A stretch of 64,000 nt of DNA, taken from contig JALQUB010000077.1 of NCBI GenBank assembly GCA_023268635.1, forward strand, positions 34,283-98,282. The letters run 5' to 3'. Origin of the DNA: Pseudomonadales bacterium. GTDB lineage: Bacteria; Pseudomonadota; Gammaproteobacteria; Pseudomonadales; Pseudohongiellaceae. Below the pieces are notes generated by a model, which worked only from the letters and a program-made list of their open reading frames with translations, made no database searches and was not told the origin of the DNA. Below are positions 60,880 through 64,000 of this stretch, in pieces; within the stretch, counting starts at the first letter, position 1; every line of letters begins with the position of its first letter. A program made the translations under genes and the position numbers.

Positions 60880-61875
60880 GTGACCCAACGAATCGCACTC
60901 ACAGCAGGAGAGCCTGCTGGCATTGGCCCCGACCTATGCATAGCACTTAGCCAAAATCCTCCGGCTAACGTCGAGCTCGTGGTCGTGGCCGACCCCGAAT
61001 TGCTCGAAGCACGCGCCAAACTACTTGGGCTGCCACTGACCCTCATTCCTTTCGACCCACAAGCTCCCGCACAGGTGAACACTCCCTCGAGCTTAAAAAT
61101 AATTTCCGTGACGATGCATACCCCCGCGAGAGCTGGTGTCCTCGACATTGCCAATGCGGGCTATGTCCTCGAAACATTGAGTGTCGCGACGGATGCCGCT
61201 CTTGCCGGGCAAGTGGACGCGATAGTGACAGGGCCTGTTCACAAGGGCGTGATCAACGATGCCGGAGTGCCTTTTAGCGGCCATACAGAATTTTTTGCAG
61301 AACGTTGCGGCAGCGAACTCACGGTGATGATGCTCGCGACGGAAGGACTGCGCGTTGCGCTCGCCACCACTCATTTGCCACTGGCGGAAGTGCCTGCGGC
61401 GATCACACGTGAATCTCTCACCCGCGTCATTCGCATTCTCGATGCTGATCTGCGCAGTTACTTCGGAATTAGCAATCCCCGCATTGTTGTCTGCGGTCTT
61501 AATCCCCATGCGGGCGAAGGTGGACATCTCGGTCACGAAGAAATCGACACCCTCATTCCCGTATTAGATGCCCTGCGCGCCGAAGGAATGACATTGGTTG
61601 GTCCCTTACCCGCAGACACTTTATTCACACCTAGGCATTTAGAGAACGCCGACGCAGTGCTGTCAATGTTCCACGATCAGGGGCTTCCGGTACTGAAATT
61701 TAAAGGCTTCGGTGCCGCCGTGAATATCACACTCGGCCTCCCCATCATCCGCACCTCGGTAGATCACGGCACGGCCTTGGATCTTGCTGGCAGCGGAACG
61801 GCTAGTAGCGGCAGCCTCGCCTACGCAATCGAGACCGCTCAGGTGATGGCCTCGCATAGAATGGCACAGCAATGA
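60880..61875 (+). CDS. pdxA: 4-hydroxythreonine-4-phosphate dehydrogenase
   Basis: [21 protein letters not shown], and [14 protein letters not shown] start 8-9 nt after GGAG. Confidence 0.9.
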   Translation: MTQRIALTAGEPAGIGPDLCIALSQNPPANVELVVVADPELLEARAKLLGLPLTLIPFDPQAPAQVNTPSSLKIISVTMHTPARAGVLDIANAGYVLETLSVATDAALAGQVDAIVTGPVHKGVINDAGVPFSGHTEFFAERCGSELTVMMLATEGLRVALATTHLPLAEVPAAITRESLTRVIRILDADLRSYFGISNPRIVVCGLNPHAGEGGHLGHEEIDTLIPVLDALRAEGMTLVGPLPADTLFTPRHLENADAVLSMFHDQGLPVLKFKGFGAAVNITLGLPIIRTSVDHGTALDLAGSGTASSGSLAYAIETAQVMASHRMAQQ

Positions 61876-62693
61876 GCAATCCTTCGTCACGCAAACTAAA
61901 CAATGGTTTGAACCACACCCCGCGCAAACGCTTCGGACAAAATTTCTTGCACGACCAAGGAATTATTCAACGCATCATCGACGAGGTGTCGCCACAGCCG
62001 GGACAGCACTTGCTAGAAATCGGACCAGGCCAGGGAGCGCTCACCAGCCTCCTCGCAGCCGTCGGCACTCGACTCGACTGTGTCGAACTCGATCGCGATC
62101 TCGCCGCGTTTTTGATCGCGCGTCACGAGAACGATGCGCATGTCACAATTCACCAGCAAGACATTCTTAAATTCCCAATCGAGAGCCTCGACCCTGCCCC
62201 ACATTCGCTCCGCGTGATTGGCAATCTGCCTTACAATATTTCCACACCGGTCTTGTTCCATCTGCTGCAACACCATGAGCTGATCGACGACATGGTGTTC
62301 ATGCTGCAGCTCGAAGTCGTGCAACGCATGGCGGCCGGTGTCGGTGACAAAAACTACGGTCGACTTGGCTTGATGCTGCAATATTTTTGCGAGATCGAAC
62401 ATCTGTTCAATGTGCCCTCCACCGCATTCACACCGCAGCCCAAAGTCAGCTCGGCCATAGTCCGCCTGCGACCGTATCGTAAGCTCCCTATCGCAGCGAA
62501 GGACGTTTCCATCTTACAGAATGTAATCCGAACCGCCTTCAACCAGCGCCGCAAAACCCTGCGCAACAGCCTAAAGACATTGGTGAGCGATGAGGTGTTC
62601 GCCACCATGTCCATCAATACTAGTCAGCGACCCGAGAACCTCAGTCTCGCCGACTACGTAGCCATAAGCGATGCCATCTCGTCGCAAGCCTGA
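61872..62693 (+). CDS. rsmA: 16S rRNA (adenine1518/1519-N6)-dimethyltransferase
   Basis: [36 protein letters not shown] overlap with pdxA. Confidence 0.9.
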   Translation: MSNPSSRKLNNGLNHTPRKRFGQNFLHDQGIIQRIIDEVSPQPGQHLLEIGPGQGALTSLLAAVGTRLDCVELDRDLAAFLIARHENDAHVTIHQQDILKFPIESLDPAPHSLRVIGNLPYNISTPVLFHLLQHHELIDDMVFMLQLEVVQRMAAGVGDKNYGRLGLMLQYFCEIEHLFNVPSTAFTPQPKVSSAIVRLRPYRKLPIAAKDVSILQNVIRTAFNQRRKTLRNSLKTLVSDEVFATMSINTSQRPENLSLADYVAISDAISSQA

Positions 62694-62757
62694 AATATTA
62701 TTTATCCCGCGCCTCACTGGCTAAAGTACTCGACCCATCGACCGCTAGTAGAGTGTT

Positions 62758-63582
62758 ATGAGTACATACGTAGTGGGTGACATTCAGGGTTGTTACAAAC
62801 CTCTCCGCAAACTCCTCAAGCGCGTCGGATTCAAGCGCAGCCAGGATCAGCTTTGGTGCGTCGGAGATCTTGTAAATCGAGGGCCTCGCTCCCTCGACAC
62901 GCTGCGTTATCTCCAAGATTTGGGCGACAGTTGCCGCGTTGTGCTCGGCAATCATGATCTGCATTTCATCGCCAAACACGAAGGCTGCGCGCCTTTAAAA
63001 GGTCGGCACACGCTCAAGCATTTACTCAATGCGCCTGACGCTCAAGCGCTGAGCGACTGGCTGAGGCAACAACCGCTCGCCTATTTCGACTGCATCGACA
63101 CCGAAGAGGGACTGCAAAATTTCCTCATGTTACATGCCGGCGTCGCACCGCAGTGGTCGCTGCAAAAAACATTGGAACTCGCAGCCGAAGTCGAGATAGC
63201 CCTGCAAGGGAAGCAATACAGAGCATTCTTGAAACATATGTATGGCGACCGCCCAAGACGCTGGCATGATGGCTTGGAGGGGCTCGATCGCCTCCGCGTC
63301 ATCACCAATGTACTTACTCGCATTCGCTTCTGCGACGACATTGGCAATCTTCAACTGAGCGCGAAAGAAGGTTTAGCGCTTGCTCCTCATGGCTATAAGC
63401 CCTGGTTTATGTATGAGAAGATAAGCCCTAAGGCGCATCTCTTGTTCGGCCACTGGGCAGCTCTCGAAGGCCATACCGGCAAGCCACGCGTCCATGCACT
63501 CGACACCGGATTCGTGTGGGGTCGAGAATTGACGGCGTTACGTCTTGAGGATGGACGTCGCTTCGCCTACTCGAAGAAGTAA
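62758..63582 (+). CDS. apaH: Bis(5'-nucleosyl)-tetraphosphatase, symmetrical
   Basis: The N-terminus YVVGDIQGCY, GDLVNRGP and LGNHDLH (metallophosphoesterase motifs). Confidence 0.9.
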   Translation: MSTYVVGDIQGCYKPLRKLLKRVGFKRSQDQLWCVGDLVNRGPRSLDTLRYLQDLGDSCRVVLGNHDLHFIAKHEGCAPLKGRHTLKHLLNAPDAQALSDWLRQQPLAYFDCIDTEEGLQNFLMLHAGVAPQWSLQKTLELAAEVEIALQGKQYRAFLKHMYGDRPRRWHDGLEGLDRLRVITNVLTRIRFCDDIGNLQLSAKEGLALAPHGYKPWFMYEKISPKAHLLFGHWAALEGHTGKPRVHALDTGFVWGRELTALRLEDGRRFAYSKK

Positions 63583-63588
63583 GCTCGT

Positions 63589-64000
63589 ATGGAAATTTAT
63601 TTGGTCGGAGGTGCCGTTCGCGACAAACTCCTCGGCCTTCCCACAAAAGATCGCGACTGGGTAGCGGTCGGCGCGACGCGCCAGCAGATGCTAGACCTCG
63701 GCTATACGCAGGTCGGCAATGATTTTCCTGTGTTCCTCCACCCGCAAAGCAAAGAGGAATACGCCCTCGCCCGCACCGAGCGCAAGACCGCTCCCGGACA
63801 TACCGGTTTCGTATTCGATGCGAATGAGACTGTCACCCTCGAACAAGATCTCGCTCGTCGAGACCTGACCATCAACGCCATTGCAGAAACTTCCGACGGA
63901 CAATTAATCGACCCCTTCGACGGCTGCGGCGATATCGAACGGCGCGTCCTTCGACATGTCTCCCCTGCGTTCGAAGAAGATCCGCTGCGAGTGTTGCGCG
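63589..64000 (+). CDS. cca: CCA-adding tRNA nucleotidyltransferase (N-terminal 137 codons; runs off the window)
   Basis: Not in the ORF track. My translation from the ATG at 63589 is [40 protein letters not shown]...[16 protein letters not shown]...[13 protein letters not shown], the class II nucleotidyltransferase head domain. Confidence 0.85.
   Translation, partial: MEIYLVGGAVRDKLLGLPTKDRDWVAVGATRQQMLDLGYTQVGNDFPVFLHPQSKEEYALARTERKTAPGHTGFVFDANETVTLEQDLARRDLTINAIAETSDGQLIDPFDGCGDIERRVLRHVSPAFEEDPLRVLR

Noticed and set aside
62698-62979. 93-aa minus-strand ORF spanning the rsmA/apaH gap, as a possible apaG remnant or novel gene
   Set aside because: It is on the wrong strand for apaG, mostly overlaps the conserved N-terminus of apaH in antisense, and has no recognisable motif or RBS.
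1-64000. CRISPR arrays, IS elements, prophage, TA modules and defence islands
   Set aside because: I saw no regularly spaced repeats, no transposase/integrase/recombinase-like ORFs, and no cluster of unassignable ORFs longer than one gene. Every ORF over 150 aa that is not antisense to a called gene is accounted for by a housekeeping or catabolic function, or by the few hypotheticals listed.

Overview
This is a tightly packed core-chromosome segment of a gammaproteobacterium. Gene order is Pseudomonas/Cellvibrionales-like: (truncated dsbD)-aroQ-accBC-prmA-DUF3426-dusB-fis-purHD; coq7/osmC/crp/trpCDG; trpE-rpe; and djlA-murU-amgK divergent from lptD-surA-pdxA-rsmA-apaH-cca. I call 60 CDS. Two are cut by the window edges and so are missing from the ORF track: pdxH on the left and cca on the right. 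I also call one tRNA-Thr(UGU) with a recognisable sigma70 promoter, and a few intrinsic terminators and hairpins. I saw no rRNA, CRISPR array, transposase, integrase, phage gene or toxin-antitoxin pair, so most of the window is ordinary housekeeping DNA and I found no clearly new multi-gene system. The parts worth a second look are: (1) two diverged paralogues of an uncharacterised secreted protein family (C-terminal YEYACHEGNYA motif), each embedded in a different catabolic operon: SDR-thiolase-ACAD, and DPP-IV/alanine symporter. (2) A branched-chain acyl-CoA oxidation cluster carrying an extra alpha-methylacyl-CoA racemase-like gene. (3) A stand-alone DsbD N-terminal (alpha) domain with its redox cysteines intact, at the locus where full-length dsbD sits in Pseudomonas. 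(4) A secreted MORN-repeat protein apparently co-transcribed with the YbbA/YbbP ABC transporter, opposite tesA. (5) A photolyase gene wedged antisense between trpE and trpGDC, with the trpE terminator embedded in the photolyase coding sequence. (6) Recurrent convergent gene pairs whose stop codons overlap. (7) A few unexplained intergenic hairpins and repeats. All functional calls come from by-eye motif recognition and synteny; no database search was run.
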